From positions 7,192,001-7,256,000 of the forward strand of contig CATNEN010000034.1 in NCBI GenBank assembly GCA_950097015.1: a stretch of 64,000 nt of DNA. Reading direction: 5' to 3'. Under the pieces are notes generated by a model that saw only the letters and a program-made list of their open reading frames with translations, made no database searches and was not told the origin of the DNA. Positions within the stretch are counted from its first letter, which is position 1. The number at the start of each line of letters is the position of its first letter. Position numbers and translations under genes: made by a program. Below, piece after piece: positions 27,521 through 40,139 of this stretch. This stretch comes from Macrostomum hystrix (lineage: Eukaryota; Animalia; Platyhelminthes).

Positions 27521-28205
27521 TGTTATGGGGATCTTGGCGGTGAGATCTTGGTAGAGATGTGCAGCTTAAGGTCTGCCGCATGAGCGAGCCTAGAGCTGCT
27601 GTGAGAAGTGGGCTAGGCGCGCTTGCCATCTGAGCACAGCCTCCCAAACTGATTAGTCACGGAAACTAAAATTTCCTGCTGCCATGCGTACCTCCCCCCA
27701 TCGTTATCAGCGGCGTGTCCGCCCTGGCGCGCATCCGCTGTTATCTAGCTGCCTCATCAGCCAGAATCCAGGCCCATGCCAGTGTCATTCTGAGTCCATA
27801 GAACTGAAGTTGGAGACGCCTCACGAGCAGGTGGCATTTTCCTTCCTCTCTGCTCCCCCTCCGCGCCACCTGCCACTTGAGATTTGGGGGGTTCGGGTTT
27901 GGTGAGGTAGGGGGAGAGAGGATAAAAATGAATTGCTGCATCATGCCGAAAGAGACAGTTGAAGACTCGACCCGATGCTTGGTCATGTCCGGCCGCCTTG
28001 TGTTGCTGTTTTGTTTTGAGGTCCCGTTTGAATGAATTTTGTAATCAAAGTCTTGGAATTTGATTTGTTTACTGATAGGTAAATACAATCGTATTGATTC
28101 TTGACGCCGATACGAGGATTACGCAACAACTTGGCAATTGAAAAATAGGAGCTGATAGCGGCCCCGAATAAGCAAGGCTTAGAGAGCTTATCGGATTATA
28201 TACTT

Positions 28206-28549
28206 AATAATATTAATAACAATAATAATTGCAGGAGGGCTGCGGGCAATGGCACGTCATTTGGTGACACTAGACCCGAAGCCAGCGAGGAGGCAATTCT
28301 GCCCATTTCGCTGACTCCTGAGCACACGCCCACACAGGTGTGTACGTCTGCCCTGTCTTTCTCATCTGCAGACAGTGTACACTCTCACTGTGCCTTGGAG
28401 GTTGGCCCTTAATGTCGTAAATTGCACGACAAGCCCCCAAGCCTTCTCTCCGCGGCTGCGCCCCAATGAACATGGCCTCGCCGCGGAATCGAGCTCAGGG
28501 ACCTTGGTGCGAGAGGCTAACGCGTTAACTGCTCAGCCACCGACCCCCC
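28206..28549 (-). mobile_element. SINE family 1, full length, minus strand
   Basis: Reverse complement of the 39759 copy; near-TSD ATTATAT(A/G)CTT (28195-28205 / 28550-28560). Confidence 0.87.
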
Positions 28550-29416
28550 ATTATATGCTTGAGCTTCCAAAAATTGACATAGATAATAAAAGTGCTGATA
28601 ACAGACTCATATTCAACCAAGTCTTTAAGCCTCATTCCTAATGCATTTTCTAAGCTATTCAAAAGTCAACTCAATGATTAGCTCCGTCACATTTCTGGAA
28701 TAATTTTTATCTGCCATAGTTCCAGAGTGTCAAACCAGAAGCTTCATCTGAGCGCTGGTGCGTGCTAGAAGAGACCAAGCATAGCGGAAGCAGGCAAGAA
28801 TTGCAACACGGCACTGGGGCTGGGTGGCAGTTCATAACTCAACAGACCCTAGCTTAGCCTAAGAAATAATACATGTTGCGGGGCTGAGTCGATTCCTTGG
28901 GCGATGATGGCTCGGCGCCTCTCCGCGGGGGATTAAGGAGCCAGGCCGCACAGCTGGATAGCATAGGAAATTAATCAACAGAGCATTCAATTTTAACGGG
29001 GTCATATCTCTGTGGCCTATAGACCCTTCTGCTTGTCTGTGCTGGCACGCGCGCGCCAGCCCTTCCAGAATGAGCAATGAGAATGCGGCGATGGGAATTT
29101 TAACACGGAGGCACCCAGGCGAAGTCCCTGCAGACTAGAGGACAGTAAATTCAGTCGATTGGGCTTGAGCCGTTCATTCTGGCTACTTCAGCGCGGGACT
29201 GCCATAAAACTGCCGTTTCACTTGTGCTAAGCTGCAAAGTTTTCACTCGCAAATGTTGCGAAATTCAGTGTTCCACTTTTTAATATGTTTGGGCTCTAAA
29301 GGTCAAAGTTATTTGACTGTGTACTGATGCGAACCTTCAACCAACAACCTCCATCTCAACACTTTTCACTCACTCAATTACTTCACCTCCCATTCTACCT
29401 CACCTCCCATTCTACC

Positions 29417-29663
29417 TCTTCGTTCGTTGCCTTTAGTTCGCCTACAGCAGCTTCAGTACACCTTATGCCTTGAGTACAAGTCACCTCTCTGCCCTCTCCT
29501 CACCCTCTGCCTTCTCCTCACCCTCTGCCTTCTCCTCACCCTCTGCCCTCTCCTCACCCTCTGCCTTCTCCTCACCCTCTGCCCTCTCCTCACCCTCTGC
29601 CTTCTCCTCACCCTCTGCCCTCTCCTCACCCTCTGCCCTCTCCTCACCCTCTGCCCTCTCCTC
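29417..29663. repeat. Left copy of a 247-bp direct duplication (unique flank + ten 18-bp CTCACCCTCTGCCYTCTC units)
   Basis: Matches 33301-33547, including the order of variant units. Confidence 0.9.
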
Positions 29664-32600
29664 TTGACTTACTTGACTTAGCTGCAGGGTGGTCCATGGA
29701 CGCAGCGGGGAGGCGAGGGTCGCCCATACCGCTAACCCCTGTAGGCCCGCAGACAGGCAAGGGCGCGGGGCCGGTCAGGGTGGTCCGCCGGTCCGTCCTG
29801 CAGCGTTGTCTTCCGTGGGGAAGAAAGTGGCTCGTCTTGTTGCACGAAGGAACTGGACGAGCCGTGGAATGCTGTCGGGCTGGCAGATCTCGTCCATGGA
29901 CGGGTTGGGCCCGAGGTAGCGAAGCCGGTCTCTGTTAAAGAAAGGGCAGTGACACACAAAGTGCTCAGCATCTTCGGTGTCATACTCACAGAATGGGCAG
30001 AGTTCACTCTCAAGGTCACCCCGGAGGAAACAGTGCCTAGCGAGGTAGCCGTGGCCCGTGAGGGTCATGGCGAGGGCGCGGATATCCTTCCGGTTTTGGT
30101 TCAAAAGGATGCTCCTGAGCCTGCGAGACGGGCGCGGAACTGCGGCACGGGATTGCCGACAGTTCTGGGTGCCCGCCCATCTGTCCCTGTGCAGGGATTC
30201 AGCCCAGTCATCAATAAGGCGATTGATGACCGTGATGGGGATCGGGACCAGGGGAGCAGGTCCCAGGAGAGAGCCTGAGCCACCTTGCTTGGCAAGGGTA
30301 TCCGCAAGCTCGTTCCCTGGGAAGCCCGCATGCCCTGGGATCCAGCTCAGCTTGACCGTGTTGTTACTGGCCAGGAGGTTGAGTTGCCGGGCACAGTCAG
30401 CGACTGTCCGGGAGCACGTGGTGGTGCGGCAAAGGGCTTGTAAGGCCGCTTGGCTGTCAGAGTGGATGATGATGGTCTCTCCTCTCGTATTCCTGGCATT
30501 CAGCTCTGCGGCACAAGAGCTGATGGCAAGGATCTCATTCTGGAAGACCGTGGAGAGTCTCCCAGTATGTTGGGCATGCGTGGCGACGACGCGGCCGTTG
30601 ATCAGGATGCAGACCCCAAAGCCGGCAAGGCCGTCTTTTAGGGATCCGTCCGTGTAGCAGTGGACCTCCTGGTGGTTCCAGTGGTCGTTAGCGTCATCCC
30701 TCGAGGGAATGATGATTTTGTAGCGCTGGGTGAGATTGAGAGTGCGTGGTTCGCCGTCAGATAAGACGTGGAGTCCGCCGCCATCTTTCAAGTCACGAAG
30801 GCACAGATCGGTGTGAGGCAGAAGTTTGCGTTTTGCCATTGCTCTTTGCGGCGTGAAGCGGACGCCGGCGTCAATGAGCCGACGCGCTGTTTTGGCGGCT
30901 TCCCTGCGGACAAAAATGTCCAGCGGGGTAGCGTCGAGGAAGGCATTGAGGCCGTCGTAAGGAGCAGACGGTGGGGCACTCATGGTCATGCGACAAGCGC
31001 GCCCTTGCGTTTTCCTAAGTGCCTCCAGGCAGGTCTTCATCTGCAGGGCACTGGCCCAGATCAAGCTGCCGTACGAGACAGCTGGCCTGACCATTGCAGT
31101 ATAGATCCACCAGAGGCGCTTGGGGGTGAGCCCCCAGGTGGTGCCAACGGCCCTCCGCAGCTGCGCGAGGATCGCGAGGGCCCTCTTGGTTTTGGTTTGA
31201 ACATGGGGAGACCAGTTCAGCCTATGGTCCAAGGTGATCCCTAGGCATTTGGTTTGCTTACAGAAGGAAATTTCCTTACCGTAAAGCCTAAGCGGCTGTA
31301 TCTGCCACTTGTTTCTGCTGGTGAACATGATCACTGCAGTCTTGGTCTCGGAGAGCTTCAGACCACAGCGACCCGCCCATTGTTCAGCAGAGTGGATGAA
31401 ATTCTGAAGGAGGTCCCTGAGAGTGTCAGGGGATGGGCCAGACGCCACAGCAGTGACATCGTCCGCATACCCCACCTTCAGGATTGGGTCAGGACGGTCG
31501 TCACGGAGGAGCTCGTCAATGACCATGTTCCAGAGAATAGGAGAGAGGACCCCTCCCTGCGGGCTCCCTTTGCGGACGGGGACCGTCCGTTGGTGGCCCA
31601 GCAGGTTGGCAGTGACCGTGCGATGACTGATCATAAACATGATCCATCTGGTGAGGGACGAGTGAGTGTGCCTCTCGTAAAGGGCTTTGCGGAACGCTTC
31701 GAAGAGGACGTTGTCAAAGGCACCATCAATGTCTAGGAAGACGCTTAAGGCGAAGCCGGTGCCAAGCACAGCTTTCTCCAATTTGTCGACCAGAACGTGC
31801 AGCGCGCTTTCGGTGGAGCGACCCGCCCGAAAAGCATGCTGGTTGTCGCTGAGCGGCGCGTTCTTCAGTTCCACTGAGAGAAGGCGCCACAGCACTAGTC
31901 TCTCCATCAGCTTGACCAGGAAGGTGGTTAGGCTGATTGGTCTGAAGGATTTTATAGACTGGTAGTCCGGGCGGCCTGGCTTCGGGATAAAAATCACCTT
32001 CGCCTCGGTCCATGCCTGCGGGACGTACCCGAGCGTGATGCAGGCTCGATAGAGGTTGCAAAGAGAGCGCAGGAAACCTGGGCATTTAACCGCCTCTCTA
32101 AGAAAGGCAGGTACGATGCCATCAGGCCCTGGAGCCTTGAAAGGCTTGAAGGAGGTGGCCGCTTTAACGATGCGGTCCTCCGTGATGATAGAGGCAGCCA
32201 GCATCTGGCCTCCCTCAGTGTGGTCTGAGGTGGTCAGGTTGGTTGGTTCGTTGGGGAAGAAGGCAGAGAGCATGACCTCAAGCGTTTCTCCTGGGTTGTC
32301 AGTTGACGTGCCGTCGGTTCGCTTAACCGAGGAGAGCTTGGACATTTTGTCTAGCGTAAGTGCTTTGACAATTCTGGAGGTGGGGCGTGAGCCCTCTAGC
32401 TCCTCGCAGTATTGGCGCCACTTCTGGGCCTTGGCAGTCCTGATCTCCCTCTTGAACTCATGGATGGCTTCAAGGTAGGCGGTCTGGTCTGCAGGGCTCC
32501 TGGTTTTGTTCGCTCTGCGGTGTAATCTCTTCGCTCTGCGACGGAGGTCGCCGAGCTGAGGATTCCACCACGGCGCAGATGTCTTGCCTTTGTAGGCTTT

Positions 32601-33300
32601 TAGGGGACAGGCAGCCTCGAAGGCGGCGGTTAGCGTTTCTGTTAAAACAGTCGCGCACTCGTCCGCCTCTCGGCACGTCGAAATAGTGGGTGGTTGGCCC
32701 GAAGACCGATGGGTCGTCTCCAAGGCATGCCTGAAGGCTTCCCAATCAGTATTTCTGGCGTTCCGTCTCCACGTGATGTGGTTTAGGCTGCGAGCGCTCG
32801 CCACACGAAAGTGAATGAACTTATGGTCAGAGAGGGACGGCACCGGGAGCACGCGCCACACCCCAATACTCTGAAAGAGCTTGGGTGAAGCGAGCGTGGC
32901 GTCAATCACCTCTGACCAGCGTCCATTGTCGAAAGTAGGCGTAGACCCAGAGTTACAGAACTCCAGGGTCGTAGAGGTAACATAGGACAGGAGGTCTTCG
33001 CCTCTCTGGTTTATCCCTGTGCTGCCCCAGTGGGTATGGTGGGCGTTGATGTCGCCGGCGACCATCAGCTCATAATTCCTGGCAGAGCAGAGTTCGACCA
33101 GGGTGGTGAGCGTCCGGGGGACGACCGCTACGTCACCTGGTAGGTAAACCGAGGCAACGAGGGTGGTTCTCCCAGGCAGCAGATCCTCAGACTGAATGAC
33201 GCAGATATCCCCGTTAGACAGGTCGGGTCTGAGCCAAGCACCGAGGGTTTTGGCCCCGAAGATACAGGCTCTAGGTGGCCGGTCTTCGTTCCGCTCTAGG
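29664..33300 (-). mobile_element. 5'-truncated non-LTR retrotransposon (R1/Loa/I group) with APE, RT, RNase H and C-terminal CCHC domains
   Basis: Intact ~1170-aa ORF: APE GDINAHH, SDH; RT KAPGPDG, QGGVLSP, YADD; RNase H YTDGS, HSDSQAAL, WIPGH; CPFC...EHFVCHC; (TAAGTCAAG)-type tail at 29664-29680. Confidence 0.95.
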
Positions 33301-33575
33301 TCTTCGTTCGTTGCCTTTAGTTCGCCTACAGCAGCTTCAGTACACCTTATGCCTTGAGTACAAGTCACCTCTCTGCCCTCTCCTCACCCTCTGCCTTCTC
33401 CTCACCCTCTGCCTTCTCCTCACCCTCTGCCCTCTCCTCACCCTCTGCCTTCTCCTCACCCTCTGCCCTCTCCTCACCCTCTGCCTTCTCCTCACCCTCT
33501 GCCCTCTCCTCACCCTCTGCCCTCTCCTCACCCTCTGCCCTCTCCTCACCCTCTGCCCTCTCCTCACCCTCTGCC
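33301..33575. repeat. Right copy of the 247-bp duplication, continuing into further 18-bp units
   Basis: Direct comparison with 29417-29663. Confidence 0.9.
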
Positions 33576-34164
33576 CATCCATTTTCCTAAATCCCTGGTG
33601 AAACTCTAATTCCAATTCTACTCCACCAGGCGCACCGGCTCATTTCAGTTTCTCCTCTTGATTCGGTCATGTCTCATTTAGCTCACTCTTTCATTGAAGT
33701 TTCCAGTCAACTGGAAATTGGATAGCCGCCAACAGCACCCTACTCAAAGCCTCCGAGTCTTGTCCTGAAGGTTCCGATTGAAAGTAAGGGCCTCTATCCA
33801 TTGCGTAACAAGAATAAGCCAAGCGAATGGTAGGAGAAACATTCCACTCTTTTGAAAACGTTTTAAAATATTATTCTCAAACAAAAGTAAATCTTCAAGG
33901 ACGTGAAACAAAGTGAGAAGAATCACAAATCACTGGGCCTGCGGTGGCGAGTTAGTGAGATTAGTGTACCGATGTTTTATTCATTAGGCCCTAGGGATAG
34001 TGGCCAAGAGAGACGAAGAGACGGAGAGACGGAGTTTAACACTCATGGCAATCCGAAGGCTTCTGTGATTGATCGCCCAGACTTTTTGGTCTTGTCCATT
34101 TTTTTTCGTCTTCCTTCCGCCTGCCTGTATCTGCGAATATCGGTCTGTGTTAGTTTTGGCTTCC

Positions 34165-34620
34165 TCACTTCTCTCTTCTCACTCTCATCCCATTCTCTTC
34201 TCACTCTCCTGCCACTCTCTTCTACTCTCCTCCCATTCTCTTCTCGCTCTCTTCTCAATCTCATCTTATTCTCTTCTCACTCTATTCTCAATCTCTTCTC
34301 AATCTCCTCTCACTCTCCTCTCATTCTCCTCTCACTCTCCTCTTATTCTCTTCTCGCTCTCTTCTCAATCTCCTCTCACTCTCCTCTCATTCTCTTCTCG
34401 CTCTCTTCTCAATCTCCTCTCACTCTCCTCTCATTCTCCTCTCACTCTCCTCCCACTCTCTTTTCACTCTCCTCTCATTCTCTTCTCGCTCTCTTCTCAA
34501 TCTCCTCTCACTCTCCTCTCATTCTCTTCTCACTCTCCTCTTATTCTCTTCTCACTCTCCTCTCATTCTCTTCTCACTCTCCTCTCATTCTCTTCTCACT
34601 CTCTTCTCAATCTCAATCTG
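34165..34620. repeat. CT-rich degenerate minisatellite (CTCTCACTCTCCTCTCATT-like)
   Basis: Direct. Confidence 0.9.
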
Positions 34621-35289
34621 CTTGGCTGTTGAAATTATCGTTATCCTCAGCAAGCAGTACCTAAAAATTAGCATAAAAAGCAGCAGCAATAGCAGCAGCC
34701 GCAGTTTTGAGTACCTAAAACTTGGCACTGTACTTCCATGCTAAAATGCATAGCAGGATTGCATTGCTTAACAAATTAACCGCACAACAATGGCAGACTT
34801 GGTGCAGCCTATGGCTAGGGGATCGGCAAGCCAGCGGGTTATAAATGTCAGCCGCACTGGCGCCTTGATGGTTAAGCAAGTTTGCAGCTCACAGAAAGCG
34901 CCGGCGTCCTTAGCAACTCAATCTCAATCCTCTAAAAAACCCAGCTAAAAAAAACAACCCAGTTTTAGTGCCTAGTCAAAGTGTCAATGCGAACTTGATT
35001 TGACTTTTAAAAAATTGAAAATAAAAAGGCCTAATTTTCTTCATCAATCAATACTGAATTTTTCATTGTTTTTTTTTACTAAGAAAATACGAGTAGAAAA
35101 GCAAAACTCATTGCTAATTTGATTAGCAAGCAGTGCGAATTGATGGATGACAGACTGGGTCTCAGCTCTCAGAAATGATAAGTCGATTCGCTTTCTCAGA
35201 AACAGTGTCCTGCACCACTCAAATTGCCTCAAAAACAAAATGTCCAGCTGAAATGTGAGATAATTGGTCATCAACAGCTAACTTGAAAT

Positions 35290-35560
35290 CCCGAGAGATA
35301 CTCAGTCATGACAATATCCCATTTCACATCTGATTAAAAGCAATAAAATTTCCATTTAAAAATTTAACCAATAGCAATGAAAATCCAGAACTTGGGGGCT
35401 AACATTTTCCGCTCTATTCGATTAGACAGCTTCCAGAATCACTAAACATCGTCGAGATGTTGATGTCACCTTGTCACCAGGGTCTTCCACAAGGAAAAAA
35501 TAGGTCATTGTGTTTCGGAGCTATTGTGAAATAGGCAGTGGGTATTTAAAATACCCGATC
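35290..35560. mobile_element. MITE-like dispersed repeat, partial copy
   Basis: Similar to 51999-52600; ends in GTGGGTATTTAAAATACCC. Confidence 0.55.
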
Positions 35561-36174
35561 AAAGCATTTAGCTCTCATATTCAACATTTATATTTTTCTG
35601 CCATCACAAACATCTCGTAATGCATTTTTAACTAGAGAATAGCAGTGCAAAGCCAGTCGTCTTTTAAAAAGACGTTTTCATAGGCCTAACAGCCTATCCA
35701 GTGAGTAATGTCTGCTTCTAGAGGCTGCATATTATTTTTACGACCGCGTAAGCCCAGTTAGGGACGGACCTCACAAAGGACTCAGAAACTACAATTGCTT
35801 CCATAATCCAAGATATAAATCATTTCAGCTCACAATGGGGTCCATCATCCGGCGACTTACCGACCGCACACAAATGAAAATTACTTTATTCAACTGAAGG
35901 TTTTGATCAAAAGTGAATTGCACTTTTTAAAAAGCTAAGAAAAATATAATTTTTCCATTCCGTTAACTGAAGAAATCCTCTTTTTTTTGCCCTTAATCAG
36001 TAGTATGATTAGAGAAGTGTTGCATAATTTATATTAATTGTAGAAGTATATACTGTCACGAAACGGCTAGATCAAATTTTCATTTTGAGAATGACAACTT
36101 TGCCAAGGATAACATAAGTAAAAAACAAGGGATAAAAAGAAAATAAAAATATCACGGGAAAGATTGAGGCGATT

Positions 36175-36995
36175 AGGGAAGTGAGGTGTGTGGATGAGTG
36201 AGGTTGGTGAAAGGAGTGAGGTTGGTGAAAGGAGTGAGGTTGGTGAATGATTGAGGTGGGTAGAGGAGTGAGGTGGGTGGAGGAGTGAGGTGGGTGGAGG
36301 AGTGAGGTAGGTGGCCGAGTGAGGTGGGTGGAGGAGTGAGGTGGGTGGACGATTGAGGTTGGTGGAGAAGTGACGCAGGTGGAGGAGTGAGGTTGGTGAA
36401 AGAGTGATGTTGGTGGATGAGTGAGGTGGGTGAAGGAGTGAGGTTGGTGAATAAGTGAGGCAGGTGGATGAGTGTGACAGGATGAGTGAGGCAGGTGGAG
36501 GAGTGAGGTTGGTGGAGGAGTGAGGCAGGTGGAGGAGTGAGGTTGGTGAAAGAGTGAGGTTGATGAAAGAGTGATGTTGGTGGATGAGTGAGGTGGGTGG
36601 ATGAGTAAGGTAGGTGGCCGAGTGAGGCAGGTGGAGGAGTGAGGTTGGTGAAAGAGTGAGGTTGGTGAATGAGCGAGGTGCGTAGAGGAGTGAGGTGGGT
36701 GGAGGAGTGAGGTGGGTGGATGAGTGAGGTGGGTGGATGAGTGAGGTTGGTGAATGAGTGAGGCAGGTGGATGAGTGTGGTAGGATGAGTGAGGCTGGTG
36801 AATGAGTGAGGTTGGTGAATGAGTGAGGCTGGTGAATGAGTGAGGTTGGTGAATGAGTGAGGCTGGTGAATGAGTGAGGCTGGTGAATGAGTGAGGCTGG
36901 TGAATGAGTGAGGTTGGTGAATGAGTGAGGCTGGTGAATGAGTGAGGTTGGTGAATGAGTGAGGCTGGTGAATGAGTGAGGTGGGTGGACGAGCT
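36175..36995. repeat. ~17-bp minisatellite (GAGTGAGGTGGGTGGAT / GAGTGAGGCTGGTGAAT)n
   Basis: Direct; explains ORF 36072-36998. Confidence 0.93.
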
Positions 36996-37910
36996 CAATA
37001 CCAGATTAGAATGAACAGAGAGAGAATGCTATATTGTCAAGTTAGCTAAGATTATTAGCATCAGCATTATATAGGCAAGGACGATCGGATCAGACCGCAC
37101 GGACCAATCAGCTGCGATGGTCGGTGCAGCAATGGGACACACTCTAGTAACTGCAGATAAGCAAAACTGCCCATTTGGCTTCACATATCGCCGCCGCGGA
37201 CGTTGCCTTCTTCGGTTACCTTAATTTCAGAATGACATGTCAGACGCGGTACGAAAATCCTAATGCTAGGCACGCATAGCGGGATTTATTGACAGTGCGT
37301 CGGCGAATTTATTTGCCTATTTTCTCACAATAGATATTTTTTTATTTAGCTAGAAGCTGTCTTCAACTGAAAAAAAGTTTGAAACGAGAGTTGCGAAAAT
37401 CCTGCGCTTTTTACATCTCGCAAACGTATTTTCTGCACGCAGGCTTTCAGACTTATTCGTAAAAAAGGCATCAACATTAAATAAGACAAGAAAAATTTAC
37501 TTGCATTTTGAGCACATTTTTCAGTCTCTTCAAAATAAAACTCAGAACACTGAAAGTTGGCTATTTATTTTCAGTTTCTTTTAGTCAAATTCTCGCTACT
37601 AAGAGAACACACAAGCAATACGGAGGTACAGAGCACTACGAAAATATTCTATAAAGTTTGCTTCTATAACTTGTTTGAATAACTGGGCTGTCAAAAGATG
37701 CCAAAAAGGTTAATAAATAAAAGTGGTTACATTGTTTGTGAGCAGTTAACACTGCTTTCTTGGATTTAAGAGTGGTGGGGCTGCGAGTAGCTGAATAAAG
37801 CGAATCTTTAACACTTTCATCGGCTCCAGCTATCTATGAAACCATGTTTTTGACGTGAAAATATTTATGTTTTATAGCAGTGCGCTAACAGTAGTTATTC
37901 AGTCCAGTTT

Positions 37911-38876
37911 TCACAGAATAGCGCACGCGCAGCTCTGCCTTTGTCCTTTCAGTGCTAATGTCTTCTTCAGCTCCTCGATTTCCTTGTCCTTCCTTTCGTT
38001 CTCCGGGCGCATGTCTTCTTTCTCGCGCTCAAGCTTCTGCTTCTCGGCCTTCTCCTCCATCTCTCGCCTTACGGCAAGCAGTTTCAGGACTGCAATTTTG
38101 TTCGCCATGTTCTCAGTTGCAGCTCTCAGGTTTACCAGCTTGTCGCCAATTCTATTGAGGTCGTTTATCGAATTTTCCAAACTGTTCTTTAGTCGATTGA
38201 ATTGGTCTTTCAACTTGTCCAGCCGAGCGGCCGTGTCATGTGTGTGCTTTCCTGTAACGACTGCTGCTGTACCCGCAGCTCCAGCAACAGCAAGGGCAGC
38301 ACCACCAGTCAGAATTGTGGCACCAGCCAGCGCAGCAAGTACGAACAAGCCAGTTGCTGTGTACCCAGCATTCCGCGTGTTGGAGGCACTCCGCTCAGCC
38401 TCCTCTTCAGCATTCTTTGCTTTCTCAGCAATGCTAGTTGCGCATTTCACTGAAGCGTTTAAACTCTCGGTGAACTCTTGGTACTTCTCTTCACATTTGG
38501 AAGCCTCAGTTAGCAGTTCGTTTAGATTTTCCACGCAGTCCTTGATGAAGGCTAGTTCGATCTTGTCACTTCTTAGGGGCTTCTCCATAATCTACTTTTT
38601 GGCAAGCCATTTTCTCTGGAGATTTTCGCAAGCCTGCTGGAATGCGATTGAACAACTCTCTGTTTTTCGAAACAGGCCGGACAGTTCGTTTTGCTCCGCG
38701 CTCTCGCTGATGCTCAGAGCCGACCTGAGCTCTTTCTGTGTCTTCTCCCAATCGCTGACCACTTTCAGAACGACCTCAGTCATCTGACCTGTGGTCTTAG
38801 CGATGGCATCTGACAGTCCAATGGCATTAGTCAAACTTGAAAGGGCTTCAGCAGCTTTACTTGCTATCGATGCCAT
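37911..38876 (-). CDS. Unknown coiled-coil protein with central Gly/Ala-rich hydrophobic hairpin, copy 1; two in-frame ORFs (38876-38592, 38588-37911) separated by TAG-ATT
   Basis: Heptad-like helical composition; TATGLFVLAALAGATILTGGAALAVAGAAGTAAVVTG; conserved paralog at 43784-44608. Confidence 0.6.
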
Positions 38877-38991
38877 GCTTGAACTTTATGGCAGAAACTT
38901 TAAAGAAAGCTTTGATTCACGAAGTTTGATAGTAGGAAACCAATCTCGCTTAACAAGCTTGCTTGGTAGATCACGATAATTAATTTTTTAA

Positions 38992-39179
38992 TTACCTGGC
39001 TTACCTGGCTTACCTGGCTTACCTGGCTTACCTGGCTTACCTGGCTTACCTGGCTTACCTGGCTTACCTGGCTTACCTGGCTTACCTGGCTTACCTGGCT
39101 TACCTGGCTTACCTGGCTTACCTGGCTTACCTGGCTTACCTGGCTTAACTGGCTTACCTGGCTTACCTGGCTTACCTGG
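38992..39179 (-). repeat. 9-bp tandem repeat (CCAGGTAAG)x21 upstream of coiled-coil gene copy 1
   Basis: Direct; the paralogous site (44882-44899) has about 2 units. Confidence 0.95.
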
Positions 39180-39758
39180 CTCAGCGAAGAGCAAACTAAT
39201 CTGTGAGAAGATAATTTCTGACATTGCTTGCTCTACTGAAATTTCGCAAAGAAAAAATATTTGAAATGATGAATAGAGGCTAAAGAACCCTGCTATGTTA
39301 CATTATCCTTCAGTACAAAATCAGAATAGTCGCCAGTTTCCTAAAATAAAAAAGAGGGCAGCGGTTGGGAGCATATAATCATTTCGCTTTTCCTCTCTTG
39401 TGTGACGTTTTTAATGCTATGGCTGCAAATTTATTTATTATCATTAAAAGTTTAACTTGTACGCTTCATTTTAGTCACTGGCTTGCTTGTACAAATATGC
39501 ATTATTCTCAGTTCAACAGTCCCACTGTCTGGTCCGGGCTCCGTGTCGAGTTATTAAAACTTGCATGCTCCTAGCTTCCTAATGCGGTGCGATGCCTAGC
39601 AGTCAGTTGCATCGTTGTGCTAGAAATAGGTACTGAATAATCACAGCTTAAAAATCTAAAATTCACCTAATGTGAGCTATTTTCTAATAGCTAAAGTGAG
39701 CTAAAGTCAAGAGGCTCTTTTACAACGCAAAAACACTATGATGAACGAACTTTCAAAA

Positions 39759-40136
39759 GGGGGTCGGTGGCAGAGCGGTTATCGCGTTTGCCTCTCGCAC
39801 CACGGTCCCTAAGTTCGATTCCACGGCGAGGCCACATTCATTTGGGGCGCAGCCGCGGAGAGAAGGCTTGGGGGCTTGTCGTGCAATTTAAGCCCTTGAG
39901 GGCCAACCTCCAAGGCAAAGTGAGTGTACACTGCCAGATGATGAGAAAGTCAGGGTGTACACACCTTAGATGTACACACCTGTGTGAGCGTATGCCTGCG
40001 TACAGTGTCTGTGTGCGTGTGTGCCGAGGGGTCAGCGAAATGGGCAGAATTGCCCCTCGCTGGCTGCGGGTCTAGTGTCACTAAATGATGTGCCACTGCC
40101 CGCAGCCCTCCTGCAATTATTATTATTATTATTATT
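39759..40136 (+). mobile_element. SINE family 1, full length
   Basis: A box TGGCAGAGCGG, B box AGTTCGATTCC, (TTA)n tail, TSD AACTTTCAAAAG (39748-39759 / 40137-40148). Confidence 0.9.
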
Positions 40137-40139
40137 AAC

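Noticed and set aside
36072-36998. 308-aa His/Pro/Ser/Thr-rich ORF
   Set aside because: Translation of a minisatellite; the same applies to ORFs at 3381-3950, 33903-34664, 57885-58224 and 62880-63898.
37855-38787. 310-aa plus-strand ORF spanning the TAG site
   Set aside because: Antisense shadow of a coiled-coil CDS (Ser/Phe/Leu-rich, non-ATG start); no independent protein features.
38988-39224. Collagen-like (GKP)n ORF
   Set aside because: Near-perfect 9-bp DNA repeat with no synonymous variation, almost absent in the paralog, and no collagen flanking domains; better read as an amplified splice donor.
39759-39830. tRNA gene
   Set aside because: A/B boxes are present but no full cloverleaf; it continues into a SINE body with tail and TSD, with multiple diverged copies.
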